DNA from: a virus | Taxonomy: Duplodnaviria; Caudoviricetes | Virus record (IMG/VR): IMGVR_UViG_3300042360_000498 | Location: 1 to 30,586 of that record | Strand: one strand, 5' to 3' | Length of the DNA: 30,586 nt | Part shown: piece by piece, positions 10,103 through 19,143 of the stretch | Layout: every line of letters begins with the position of its first letter | How positions within the stretch are numbered: position 1 is the first letter of the stretch | Notes under the pieces: model-generated | What the model was told of the DNA's origin: nothing | The model's database searches: none | Seen by the model: the letters and a program-made list of their open reading frames with translations, nothing else | Program-made: the position numbers and the translations under genes

Positions 10103-10624
10103 ATGAGAATACAAAATTTTACATCACGTTTAGGGGCAGGGGTTCGTCCTAATAAGTTTAGGGTGATTTGTCCTTTTCCGACATTTGCTATTATTGGTGG
10201 TGAAACAAATGATTTAACCATATTAGCAAAGGCTGCTGCTCTACCTTCTTCAACTTTAGGAGTTATTGAAGTTCCTTTCCATGGAAGAAAAGCTAAACTT
10301 GCTGGGGATCGTATTGATGACCCATGGTCAATCACTGTGCTTAATGACCCTGCGATGAAGTTAAGAAATGCTTTTGAACGATGGAATAATGGAATTAAAA
10401 CTCATGTATCCAATGTTGGGTTGACAAGTTTAAATGATTATTCCGTAGATATCCAAATTCAACAGTTAGATTTAGGTGATAATGTTATTAAGACATATAC
10501 TCTTATTAGTGCATGGCCTGAAAAAATTGGACAAATTGATTTGTCTATGGATTCTGAAAATGCTATTGAAGAATTTACTGTAGATTTTCAATTCCAAGCT
10601 CTATCTTCTGATACAATGTCATAA
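10103..10624 (+). CDS. Tail tube protein, T4 gp19-like
   Basis: GVRPNKFRV, LPSSTLG.IEVPF.GRK.KLAGDR..DPW.ITV.ND, AWP..IG.IDLS.DS.N.IEEF.V.F; follows sheath. Confidence 0.95.
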   Translation: MRIQNFTSRLGAGVRPNKFRVICPFPTFAIIGGETNDLTILAKAAALPSSTLGVIEVPFHGRKAKLAGDRIDDPWSITVLNDPAMKLRNAFERWNNGIKTHVSNVGLTSLNDYSVDIQIQQLDLGDNVIKTYTLISAWPEKIGQIDLSMDSENAIEEFTVDFQFQALSSDTMS

Positions 10625-10637
10625 TATATTGACAAAG

Positions 10638-10668
10638 AAAAAAGGGGAGAAATACTGCTCCCCTTTTT
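10638..10668. terminator. Bidirectional intrinsic terminator
   Basis: AAAAAGGGGAG-loop-CTCCCCTTTTT between convergent genes. Confidence 0.85.
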
Positions 10669-10685
10669 GTAATTAATTACAAAAA

Positions 10686-10979
10686 TTATCTTTTTACTGA
10701 AATTAATTCGGAATTTTCTGATAATAACTTTTCAAATTCTTCTTTTGTTATAATAACAGCTTTAGGGATTCCTTTATTACTAGACCCAGCAGCTCTAGGT
10801 AACACTTCTTGATTTGTTAATTTATCAAATTTTATTGTGAATCTACATTCACTATATGGTGTTTTATACTCTGCGTAAATATATTTTTCTGATTTGCCTT
10901 GAACTATATTAGCACAGCACACCTCGAATTTGTTAGCATATTTGTTAAATTCTTTGTAATATAATACATTGGTTGTCAT
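10686..10979 (-). CDS. Hypothetical early protein, likely paralogue of 7832..8170
   Basis: SD AGGAG, promoter copy 3, alignable by eye to 7832..8170. Confidence 0.75.
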   Translation of the reverse strand: MTTNVLYYKEFNKYANKFEVCCANIVQGKSEKYIYAEYKTPYSECRFTIKFDKLTNQEVLPRAAGSSNKGIPKAVIITKEEFEKLLSENSELISVKR

Positions 10980-11009
10980 AATATAAACTCCTAAATGTTT
11001 GTTTTATAA

Positions 11010-11070
11010 AGTGATGACTATCACCGCTTCATATGAATATACTAGCACTTTTAAACTTACTTGTAAAGCA
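11010..11070 (-). promoter_or_regulatory. Early promoter + leader hairpin, copy 3
   Basis: TTTACA (11067-11062), 17 bp, TAGTAT (11044-11039), AAGC-GGTGAT-agtc-ATCACT. Confidence 0.85.
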
Positions 11071-11120
11071 AAAAGTTTATAAAATTGAAATTATTTTATT
11101 ATTCTATAGTCACCTCTATT

Positions 11121-11210
11121 AAAACCATCAAAAAGTCACTTTTTAAACCTTATAAATCAATAGGTTACAGCACCAAAATTTTCTGACCCTTATAGGGGTA
11201 GCTTAGTGAA
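11121..11210 (+). repeat. 90-bp non-coding repeat, copy A (inverted relative to 22154..22243)
   Basis: 83/90 ungapped identity by manual alignment; IHF consensus AATCAAtaggTTA at 11155-11167 between two palindromes. Confidence 0.92.
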
Positions 11211-11274
11211 TTTTTAACTTTCTAAAATGGATAAAAAGTTACTTAGAAATGTAGGTAAATCAAGGGGTTAGGAG

Positions 11275-11766
11275 TTAACTCCGTATTATAATTATTCTAT
11301 CAAATCCTTCGTCGGATACATCTAAATTCATACTTGCTGATAACCTATTAACAACATATTGCGGTATCAATTTTCCAGTAGATTCGTATCTAATTTTTTC
11401 TCTATGATATCGCAAGTTATCTGGGATATCAAATATGACTGCAATTTTTTCGTAGTTACTTGGGACAACAGAAAGTTTTTTCTTTCTAGATTTTTTAGAA
11501 AGGTTCATTTGGTCTAAAATAACATTCTTTTCATCATTAAATTTTTGAATTAACTTATCTTTAAATTTACTTTCAATTTCCTTAAAGTCTAATTCTTTAT
11601 AAGCATCTTGATAGAATATTCCCTTAGCTTGCGCATACTCTTCTACAAACTCATCCGTAGAAACTGCTATAGTATCATTATCTGAATTTTCTAAAGCCCA
11701 TGTAGATTTTCCAGAAGCAGGAAGTCCTATTAGCATGTAGTATTTTTTATTCTTCGCTTGGTGCAT
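11275..11766 (-). CDS. P-loop kinase (AAA_33 / polynucleotide-kinase-like)
   Basis: LIGLPASGKSTW, VSTD, VILDQMNL..KSR. Confidence 0.8.
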   Translation of the reverse strand: MHQAKNKKYYMLIGLPASGKSTWALENSDNDTIAVSTDEFVEEYAQAKGIFYQDAYKELDFKEIESKFKDKLIQKFNDEKNVILDQMNLSKKSRKKKLSVVPSNYEKIAVIFDIPDNLRYHREKIRYESTGKLIPQYVVNRLSASMNLDVSDEGFDRIIIIRS

Positions 11767-11797
11767 AGTATTCTGTTCCTATATATTTTCTAATGTT

Positions 11798-12268
11798 TTA
11801 AACATTATTTTCTCCTATTAAATAATTTAATGCGCTTTGATATCTTTTATTTCTTTCTAAATCACTATTAGTAATTTTAGGAAGTCTACATAGTCGCATA
11901 TTATCATGAATATCACATATTTTTACAACTCTCGCAAGTTGATTATTTTTAATATTCTGAAGATACTGCTTATATGGAACTTCCCTACACTTTGTAAGAA
12001 TTACAACTGCATCTATAACTTCTTTAGAAAATCCGAATCGTTGTAAATCGCTAACTGTGCATGGAGTATCTTCAAGAATATCATGCAGCCATGCAACATT
12101 TTCGTAATCCTTATCATTTGGATATCCAAATTTGACATATTTAACAACAGTTGTAAGGTGTCCAGAAAAATAATCATGTCCTCCTCTATCAACTTGTCCT
12201 AAATGATAAGTTTGCGCTATTGTCTTAGCAGATATATCTATAAGTTCTGTTTTATTCATGATTTCCAA
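11798..12268 (-). CDS. HD-domain phosphohydrolase (SpoT/Mesh1-like)
   Basis: H.GQ.DRGG.DY..H, AWLHDILEDT, VKICD..DN. Confidence 0.85.
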   Translation of the reverse strand: MEIMNKTELIDISAKTIAQTYHLGQVDRGGHDYFSGHLTTVVKYVKFGYPNDKDYENVAWLHDILEDTPCTVSDLQRFGFSKEVIDAVVILTKCREVPYKQYLQNIKNNQLARVVKICDIHDNMRLCRLPKITNSDLERNKRYQSALNYLIGENNV

Positions 12269-12531
12269 TTCTTTTTAAGTTTTTCTATTTCTACTAAAAA
12301 CAATTCATTAATGAATGATTCTTGACGTTTCCAAAATTCAATTTTACGTTCTGCTATAGCTATTTCTTTTTTGGCTTGTCCTTTTTCTTGAAAAGTTCCA
12401 TTCGTTTCAATAAATTTTAAATAGAGAAAGTTCTCATAGTGTTTAATAGACATTTTAGTTGGGTCAATTTTACTAATAGAACTTTTACTAAAATTATTAT
12501 AAATATTTTTTTCTTCGCTATAAACTAACAT
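12256..12531 (-). CDS. Hypothetical protein
   Basis: SD AGGA; tight operon packing. Confidence 0.7.
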   Translation of the reverse strand: MLVYSEEKNIYNNFSKSSISKIDPTKMSIKHYENFLYLKFIETNGTFQEKGQAKKEIAIAERKIEFWKRQESFINELFLVEIEKLKKNWKS

Positions 12532-12538
12532 AATAATC

Positions 12539-12739
12539 CTATAATTTTACAATATTCTTAACTTGTTCTTTTTTGATAACGTATATTGTAGGAGTTTCCC
12601 ATTTTGGTTCGCTATCAAATTCTACTTTATATAAATTTGGACCATAACTCAATGCTTCATATTCACTCTTAGCTAAAAATACATCATTAGTATTAAAAGA
12701 ATCAAAGTTATTAGGTGAACCGTGATATGCTAGTGTCAT
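12539..12739 (-). CDS. Small protein resembling the N-terminal half of an ADP-ribosyltransferase (ART-PolyVal-like) fold
   Basis: AYHGS...F..F....VFL......A..YG..LY.V; SD AGGAG; promoter copy 4. Confidence 0.5.
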   Translation of the reverse strand: MTLAYHGSPNNFDSFNTNDVFLAKSEYEALSYGPNLYKVEFDSEPKWETPTIYVIKKEQVKNIVKL

Positions 12740-12761
12740 AATATAAACTCCTAAATTGTAA

Positions 12762-12820
12762 AGTGATGATTATCACCGCTTATAGAATTACTATAACATT
12801 TTTGATTATACTTGTAAAGC
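12762..12820 (-). promoter_or_regulatory. Early promoter + leader hairpin, copy 4
   Basis: TTTACA (12818-12813), 17 bp, TATAGT (12795-12790), AAGC-GGTGAT-aatc-ATCACT; -35 lies inside the end of the upstream CDS. Confidence 0.8.
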
Positions 12821-13756
12821 ATAAAATGATAAAATCAACTTATTTTTTTCTTCATAGTTAGGAAGTTCTGGGAGAGTAGATAAATTTTCTGCTTCTTGAA
12901 GCTGCATAAATCGTTCTTCAATTATCCCAGCAACATAATTATAGTGGAACTCACCTTTTTTAATTTTTGTTAAGAACTCCCTGTTCTTTAGAGGAAACTC
13001 AATGTTACCAGTGGTCAACAATTCAATAGCTTCTTCTGTAATCCTAACAGCATGATGGAGGGCTTTAAAATCTATTCCTTCGTTTCTTTCTGCCATCAAT
13101 GCTCTAGAACCATAATTATCGACGAGTTTCTGTGTGGTGTTAATTGCATACTTCACTTTCAAAGTTTTCTGATATTTTTTACCACAACAATCAAAAACCC
13201 ATTCACCTTCTGATTGTCTTGTAGGAATAAAAGTAATTTCGCAATGTTCTGTATCATCTACAAATTTTTCTAAAATATACCAATAATATTCTAGCGGGTG
13301 ATTATCGTTAAAATCTTTTAACAGTTCTAAAAATTTTCTAGAAGCAGAAACTCTAGAACCCTTAATTCCATATTTGGAAGCTTGTTGATATGCGTATCCG
13401 ATATATGGTTTAATATTCCTTGAAATAAAGTGTTCTTTATAAGATCTAATAATATCCCAATGCTCTGTTTTTTCTATAATCATACTATCAGGAGCAAAGA
13501 ACATATCCATTGCTACAGCTTGACCTTCAAGAAGCATCTTGAGATATTTGTGAAGTGAAAAATATTCGTTATCCACATCATTTGCAGAATTTTTAGAATT
13601 GCCGTTTCCTGTGCTAGTGCTGATTGTATTAGTATTTTTCTGTAGTATTAAATCTTCTATAGGAGGTAAGAAAACAGATTTATAGTCAGTATCAGAATTT
13701 TCTGTATTTGTTCCATAAAGGTGAGAACCAAATAAGCATTTAAGAATTGTTGTCAT
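12806..13756 (-). CDS. Pol-beta superfamily nucleotidyltransferase
   Basis: GSHLYGTNTENSDTDY; C-terminal KALHHAVR..L..IKKGE. Confidence 0.88.
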   Translation of the reverse strand: MTTILKCLFGSHLYGTNTENSDTDYKSVFLPPIEDLILQKNTNTISTSTGNGNSKNSANDVDNEYFSLHKYLKMLLEGQAVAMDMFFAPDSMIIEKTEHWDIIRSYKEHFISRNIKPYIGYAYQQASKYGIKGSRVSASRKFLELLKDFNDNHPLEYYWYILEKFVDDTEHCEITFIPTRQSEGEWVFDCCGKKYQKTLKVKYAINTTQKLVDNYGSRALMAERNEGIDFKALHHAVRITEEAIELLTTGNIEFPLKNREFLTKIKKGEFHYNYVAGIIEERFMQLQEAENLSTLPELPNYEEKNKLILSFYALQV

Positions 13757-13822
13757 GTATCATTATCCTATTAATATATTCAGAAATTATCCAATAAGGG
13801 AGTGTCATAATCATTGCGTAAA

Positions 13823-14281
13823 TCATTCGTTATTTCCCATATAAGTAGATGTAAAGTGTCTATCAATATTCGTTAAATTATTATCTTTTAATTCCCATTT
13901 TATAATTATTCCTAAGTATCTATGAACATATGATTCTACTAAAAATCCATCTTCAATAACTATTTCTGGAAGATAATCGTAATATTTTTCAAAAGTGGCA
14001 AAGCAAGTCACCAAACCAAAATCTTTTCGTAATTTGTTTATATTTTTATCATACCTGAAATCTAATCTTTTAAACCACTCATTTAATTGGATTAGTTCTA
14101 ATCCACCATCATCCCGTTTTAAGAATGTTCTGTGTCCATGAAATTTACCATTACAAGCATTAGCCCCTTTCCATAGAGGACTAGCTCCATCCTTTAATAA
14201 AATTTCTTGTTGTGCTAATTTTACAACTTCTATAATGTCACAAAATGGTGCATAATAATCACTACTGTAATATACTTTCAT
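13823..14281 (-). CDS. Hypothetical protein
   Basis: 152-aa ORF in a minus-strand run. Confidence 0.6.
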   Translation of the reverse strand: MKVYYSSDYYAPFCDIIEVVKLAQQEILLKDGASPLWKGANACNGKFHGHRTFLKRDDGGLELIQLNEWFKRLDFRYDKNINKLRKDFGLVTCFATFEKYYDYLPEIVIEDGFLVESYVHRYLGIIIKWELKDNNLTNIDRHFTSTYMGNNE

Positions 14282-14284
14282 ATT

Positions 14285-14470
14285 TCAATTCTTATGATGG
14301 GTATGATGATTAGTATCTATTGGTGGAAAAGTCAATACCTTTCCTATTTGAGAATTGTCAATATGAACTTTATGAGAAGGAGTTTCTTGCATTTTAATGA
14401 AACAAACTCCTGTTCCGACTGCACCAATAATTGCACCAGTAATAGTCCCTGCTATAAATTTACAATCCAT
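14285..14470 (-). CDS. Small membrane protein
   Basis: Gly-rich hydrophobic segment FIAGTITGAIIGAVGTGVCFI; SD AGGA. Confidence 0.6.
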   Translation of the reverse strand: MDCKFIAGTITGAIIGAVGTGVCFIKMQETPSHKVHIDNSQIGKVLTFPPIDTNHHTHHKN

Positions 14471-14477
14471 ACAATTC

Positions 14478-14654
14478 CTATATTTGTTGTGATATAATTT
14501 TTATTGTTTCTTCAACAGTTCTTCCCATAGCTATATGATTACAAAAATGATTGCATATTTTAGCAACTAATTCTTCATTTTTTGATGGGAGTGAAGTTTG
14601 AATAGCAACACATTGTTTTCTTAATGTGTTGAAAGTTTTGATGTCAATATCCAT
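14478..14654 (-). CDS. 58-aa hypothetical protein (MDIDIKTFNTLRKQ...), not in ORF track
   Basis: SD AAGGA with the same spacer as other early genes; fills the gap exactly. Confidence 0.7.
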   Translation of the reverse strand: MDIDIKTFNTLRKQCVAIQTSLPSKNEELVAKICNHFCNHIAMGRTVEETIKIISQQI

Positions 14655-14671
14655 AATATATTTCCTTATAG

Positions 14672-14995
14672 TTATGCAGTTTTCTTATAGTGTCTAACAG
14701 CTTCAATTACAATGTCATTTAATTGATTTTCAATGACATTCTTATGTTGTTCTGTGACAACTTTTTCCGTGCATCTTTTGTGATTTGAAGAAATTATAGT
14801 TTTGCTAAAATCACTACAAGGAAAATAACTAACAGTATTTTCAGAAGTTGTTCTCATTACTGTTGCTGTAGTAACAAGTTTTCCAGAATTTCTTTTTGTA
14901 GTAACAATTTCAATATGAAGAACTTTATCTAGTGGATAAACTGTAACACTTTTATAGTTACCACGAAAATCTTTATAAGTTTTAAATGTTGTCAT
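14672..14995 (-). CDS. Hypothetical early protein
   Basis: SD AGGA; promoter copy 5. Confidence 0.75.
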   Translation of the reverse strand: MTTFKTYKDFRGNYKSVTVYPLDKVLHIEIVTTKRNSGKLVTTATVMRTTSENTVSYFPCSDFSKTIISSNHKRCTEKVVTEQHKNVIENQLNDIVIEAVRHYKKTA

Positions 14996-15027
14996 GATAT
15001 AAATTCCTAAAATTAGTTTGAAAGGTT

Positions 15028-15082
15028 GTAATAATTACTGCCTTGAATAATAATATAACACTTTCAAACTAACTTGTAAAGC
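15028..15082 (-). promoter_or_regulatory. Early promoter + leader hairpin, copy 5 (divergent)
   Basis: TTTACA (15080-15075), 17 bp, TATATT (15057-15052), AGGCA-GTAAT-t-ATTAC. Confidence 0.8.
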
Positions 15083-15185
15083 ACAAAATTACAATTTCGT
15101 ATGATTTTCTATTTCTTTATCATGTTTTAATTTTTCTTCAGATGGAATTGTTTCTAATACTGGAGCTCCTGGGAGTTTCTCATAC

Positions 15186-15518
15186 TTACTTAATTTCCAT
15201 GATTTTTTTGATAGGTTTGGAATACAAATCATATGCTATAATTGCTTCTTCAACTTTTCTTGTTTCAATATTAGATAAGCTATTACGAGGCTTTTTGCCA
15301 TATAAAACCTTCATTGCACTTCCATCAAAATCATTTTTTAATTTTAGATAATCCTGTCTAAATGCTTTTTTGTCAACTTCAAAACTTGAATTATTAATAA
15401 TTTCCAAGGCTCTTTCTAAGTGGATATTTTTGTGACATGTAGCTTTTGATTGGGAAAAATCCATTGCATCTCCCATCAATTCAAATATTTTAGCAACTTT
15501 GCTTATAAACCCAAACAT
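15186..15518 (-). CDS. Hypothetical protein (start MFGF at 15518; possibly frameshifted near its 3' end)
   Basis: SD GGAG before ATG 15518. Confidence 0.6.
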   Translation of the reverse strand: MFGFISKVAKIFELMGDAMDFSQSKATCHKNIHLERALEIINNSSFEVDKKAFRQDYLKLKNDFDGSAMKVLYGKKPRNSLSNIETRKVEEAIIAYDLYSKPIKKIMEIK

Positions 15519-15552
15519 AAAAACTCCACGAATGTTGTTCACCGATTAATTG

Positions 15553-15708
15553 TTATAATTTAGACATTTGTTCGCCAATCTCAAATGCTCTCTTATATAA
15601 TTCATTATATTTATTATCATTAAAGTATGGATTTTCTAATATTTGATTATTCCAATTTTCTGATAAGAATAAAGACATATGTAGTATTTCATGTAGTAGA
15701 TAATTCAT
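15553..15708 (-). CDS. 51-aa hypothetical protein (MNYLLHEILHMSLFL...), not in ORF track
   Basis: Starts 2 nt after the phosphoesterase stop and fills the gap. Confidence 0.5.
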   Translation of the reverse strand: MNYLLHEILHMSLFLSENWNNQILENPYFNDNKYNELYKRAFEIGEQMSKL

Positions 15709-15710
15709 AA

Positions 15711-16262
15711 TCAACTATCCATCATTTTATATCTATTGTCAATATTAATTTTCAATTCACCAAAGGAAACTGGTTCTAGATTCCAATTTTCTATGGACAA
15801 ATTAACATAACGCTTATCTTCATTTCCATAATTATCTTTAACTTTCTTGCTATGAAGATGTCCGTGAAGATTAAAGTCATATCTATAATCTAATTGTGAA
15901 GTATGCACTGGGATATGTGTCATTATAGTTTTAATTTCGCCAAAGTGTTTTTCTACACATCCAAATAGTCTATCGACAACAGTTAGAAGTTTCACAAAGT
16001 ATTCTTGATTAAAATTGTCATGATTTCCAAGAACAAGAAATTTTCTACCATTTAAAGATCCTACTTTTTCAAGATTTTTCTTGTTAATGACAAGGTCACC
16101 AAGAATCCAAACTGCATCTTCAGCTCCAACTTTATTATTCCAACGCTTGATAATCTCGTCATCATGAGAATCTATATTAGGAAAAACTCTGTGTTCTAAT
16201 TCGTATTGTAGAATGTTAGAATGACCTAAATGTAAGTCAGAGCAGAAAAATGTATCAGTCAT
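15711..16262 (-). CDS. Calcineurin-like metallophosphoesterase (start MTDTFF at 16262)
   Basis: SDLHLGH, LGD, GNHD, THIP, HGHLH; SD GGAG. Confidence 0.9.
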   Translation of the reverse strand: MTDTFFCSDLHLGHSNILQYELEHRVFPNIDSHDDEIIKRWNNKVGAEDAVWILGDLVINKKNLEKVGSLNGRKFLVLGNHDNFNQEYFVKLLTVVDRLFGCVEKHFGEIKTIMTHIPVHTSQLDYRYDFNLHGHLHSKKVKDNYGNEDKRYVNLSIENWNLEPVSFGELKINIDNRYKMMDS

Positions 16263-16608
16263 AATATTTCTCCAATTCTTGTATAAGTGCATTCGCATAA
16301 TTAATAGCTTGCTTTGCACAATCATTTTCTACAGAAAAATATTCATAACTAGGATTACTTAACATACCTTGCATCATCATAGAAGCATAATGCGCTCGAT
16401 CTTTATGTTTTACAATCGTATTAAGGGCAAATTTCTGACTATTTATAATGTCATTTAATTCACTTATTTCCTTTTCTAATTTTTTTATGTGTTGAAGGTT
16501 TTCTTCATATAGAAGATTTTGTGATTCTATAGAATCTGTAATTTTTGTTTTCATTGGGGGGTTCCATAATTTTAGTGAGTTGATTCTTTCAAACATTGGA
16601 TACTCCAT
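16255..16608 (-). CDS. Hypothetical protein, coiled coil plus a common phage helical motif
   Basis: DRAHYASMMMQGMLSN...AINYANALIQEL resembles the widespread RDYFA..AMQG....A..ADA motif. Confidence 0.6.
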   Translation of the reverse strand: MEYPMFERINSLKLWNPPMKTKITDSIESQNLLYEENLQHIKKLEKEISELNDIINSQKFALNTIVKHKDRAHYASMMMQGMLSNPSYEYFSVENDCAKQAINYANALIQELEKYYD

Positions 16609-18253
16609 TTAAATAAACTATTGATAATTCACTATTACATATTTCTTGCTGTTTGTCAAGTAATTTATATTCGCCATCTTCAATAACTACTCTCAATTTT
16701 CCTACAGCAGAATTCTTAGTTCCATTATCTGTTTTTGGTTGTTTGAAAATTTCACGAGGTTTACCATTAACTTCACCATAGGTAGATTTTACAGCAAATC
16801 CATGTGTATCCCTAGTAACATAATTATATGCATAACTACCAATTCCCAGAACAATATTTGTAGATGCGAATCCTTTAGCTTTCAACTTATTCATAATGTC
16901 AAGAGTTCGTTGAGGAGTAATGGAATCACCATAAATTAATCCAATGTGACTATCTAAAACTTTGTATCCTTTAGAATTTATTTCACCACCAAATATTTCC
17001 CATAGACATTCTACAGCACCTTTTTGTTCTGGTGTCAATTCAACTTCTTTAAATTCTAATACAGAAGATTCTTCAATATAGTAAAAACGCTTGTCATAAC
17101 GACCCCATTCAATTTCTACAGTGCATGAATAATATTTGTCGCCATCTGTAAAAATTAAAGAAGCTTCTGTATCACCTTGTTCACCATGAGGAGTTTGTTC
17201 GTGAAATAGATCTACAATATAATCTCTACAAAATGACTTCATAGAATTAATATCAGATGTATCTACATATTGGGCAAAAGGAATAGCAGAAATGTTTCCG
17301 CAGATAATATCTACAGGATCCCCCGAGTCTGGACGAATCACAAGTTTTCCATCACGTTGCATAATGATGTCTTTTAATTCAGAAACAATATTAGTGCATA
17401 CATTCCAAAAGTCCCATGTATCAGAAACAATAGAAACGATACCAGTAGGATAAACTTCTGTTAATAATCTTTTAAAGGTTTCACTTTCGCTTTCTTTACC
17501 TCCCATACACATTACAGAATGTTCTGTTGATGGGACACTTCCTCCAATAAAGCCTTCTTTTCCATAGTATTGTTTTAAGAATGAAATTGCAGGAATGCTA
17601 TCTGTCCCTTTAAAGTATTGCAGGTGCGCTGCTCCGCTAATTGCAGAATCAAGAACATTAGACATTCCTCTCATAGAAAAATCATGTGCTTGGAAATCTA
17701 CGAATTCTGGAGTATCGCTTGTTTTTTGTGCAAATTCTTCAAGACATTTTCTATACCATCTTGCAGTTGTTGCGCTTGTGCATGGTTTCCAAAGTGTTGC
17801 AGAAAGAGCAGTTTCTATATAGTTAGTCAACCAATAGAATTCTGGAAGAGTATTATGAATTGTCATCATAGGAACTTTATATGAAACAGCAGATAATTCT
17901 GGAAGTGCTCTGAATTCTAAAGGAAGATATCCTAAATTATGTAACGATTCAATGTGTTCAAAAGTGATAACATCTTTTCCAAGAGCAATTTCAATAAGTT
18001 CTTTATATTCATTAACAACTTCTTGCTTATCACGATTAAAGAACCCTTCATTCCAAGTTTCTTTAAGATAATCCTCAATGAAGTATTTTAATCCAAAGAA
18101 AACTACCTTGTCATCATTGAATTGTTTAGGAAGATTGGAAAGTTTCCCGCTTCTTGCTGTGAGGTTGCTATAAACCATTGTAGTTTCTTCTGGATACTGT
18201 CTACGATGGTCAACTTTGTAAAAATCTGTTTCTAGTAGAGGATTTCTTTTCAT
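16589..18253 (-). CDS. Nicotinamide phosphoribosyltransferase-like enzyme (NARP1 Namat-type)
   Basis: TDFYKVDH, HDFSMRG, TEHSVM, SIVSDTWD, VIRPDSGDP, LIYGDSIT, RDTHGFAVK. Confidence 0.92.
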   Translation of the reverse strand: MKRNPLLETDFYKVDHRRQYPEETTMVYSNLTARSGKLSNLPKQFNDDKVVFFGLKYFIEDYLKETWNEGFFNRDKQEVVNEYKELIEIALGKDVITFEHIESLHNLGYLPLEFRALPELSAVSYKVPMMTIHNTLPEFYWLTNYIETALSATLWKPCTSATTARWYRKCLEEFAQKTSDTPEFVDFQAHDFSMRGMSNVLDSAISGAAHLQYFKGTDSIPAISFLKQYYGKEGFIGGSVPSTEHSVMCMGGKESESETFKRLLTEVYPTGIVSIVSDTWDFWNVCTNIVSELKDIIMQRDGKLVIRPDSGDPVDIICGNISAIPFAQYVDTSDINSMKSFCRDYIVDLFHEQTPHGEQGDTEASLIFTDGDKYYSCTVEIEWGRYDKRFYYIEESSVLEFKEVELTPEQKGAVECLWEIFGGEINSKGYKVLDSHIGLIYGDSITPQRTLDIMNKLKAKGFASTNIVLGIGSYAYNYVTRDTHGFAVKSTYGEVNGKPREIFKQPKTDNGTKNSAVGKLRVVIEDGEYKLLDKQQEICNSELSIVYLNGVSNV

Positions 18254-18255
18254 TT

Positions 18256-19116
18256 CTATAGTTCCTTATTTGTTAATAATTCTACTTTGTTAATATAAAT
18301 AGTTTCCCAGTTTGCTTTGGGATATCTAATATAGTTTATATCTTCAGTTTTACATTGCTTTAAACTGTTAGTATAATAAATTGTATCTATAATTCCTTTG
18401 AATACATCAAAACCTTGCGAGAATATTCCATGTGTTACATAAAGACTTACTTTTGCTGCTCCTAAATATTTAAGAACTTTTCCTAGTTCTATAAAAGTCA
18501 TACCACCATCGCAAATATCATCAACAATCAAGCAATGTTTGTCTTTAACGTCATCATAGAATTTTGTGCATATAATATTTCCAGTTTTCGTATCACGAAG
18601 TTTGCTAGCAGTATATTGTGGAATATTTAAATATTTTGCGCAATCAAATGATTTCTTGACTGCTCCCGCATCTGGAGAAATTATACATTCAAAAGTTTTA
18701 ATTTCTTTAGGATATTGTTCGCCTATTTTTTCTAAAAAATATTTTTGCGAGTAATTAGTAACATTTTTTAGAAGTGCTGGAGCAACATCACTATGAGAAT
18801 CGTAAATAATTAATTCTTCATAATTAATTGTATTAATTAGATTACATATAGTTTTTAATGAAAACACAGAATCATCATTCATTAATCTATCTTGTCTAGC
18901 GTATGGGAAATAAGGAATATATAGTTTTTTGATGTGTTCTAAATCACCTGCTAATAGCAACAATTCTATAAGAGCTTTGTTATCCGTAAAGATAACTTCT
19001 ACATCATTAGCAAATCTATATCCATTAAAAATTTGGACTTCCCCACCAGAAAAGTAGAAAACTTGTAGAGGTTTCCCATCAACTGTAATATATTTCGAAT
19101 CTTGTTTCTGTAACAT
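18256..19116 (-). CDS. Ribose-phosphate pyrophosphokinase-like enzyme (NARP1 Adps-type)
   Basis: FSGGE, PYFPYARQDR, SPDAGA, IVDDICDGGMTF, VTHGIFS. Confidence 0.92.
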   Translation of the reverse strand: MLQKQDSKYITVDGKPLQVFYFSGGEVQIFNGYRFANDVEVIFTDNKALIELLLLAGDLEHIKKLYIPYFPYARQDRLMNDDSVFSLKTICNLINTINYEELIIYDSHSDVAPALLKNVTNYSQKYFLEKIGEQYPKEIKTFECIISPDAGAVKKSFDCAKYLNIPQYTASKLRDTKTGNIICTKFYDDVKDKHCLIVDDICDGGMTFIELGKVLKYLGAAKVSLYVTHGIFSQGFDVFKGIIDTIYYTNSLKQCKTEDINYIRYPKANWETIYINKVELLTNKEL

Positions 19117-19143
19117 TTTCTACTTCCTTTTATAATGAAATAT

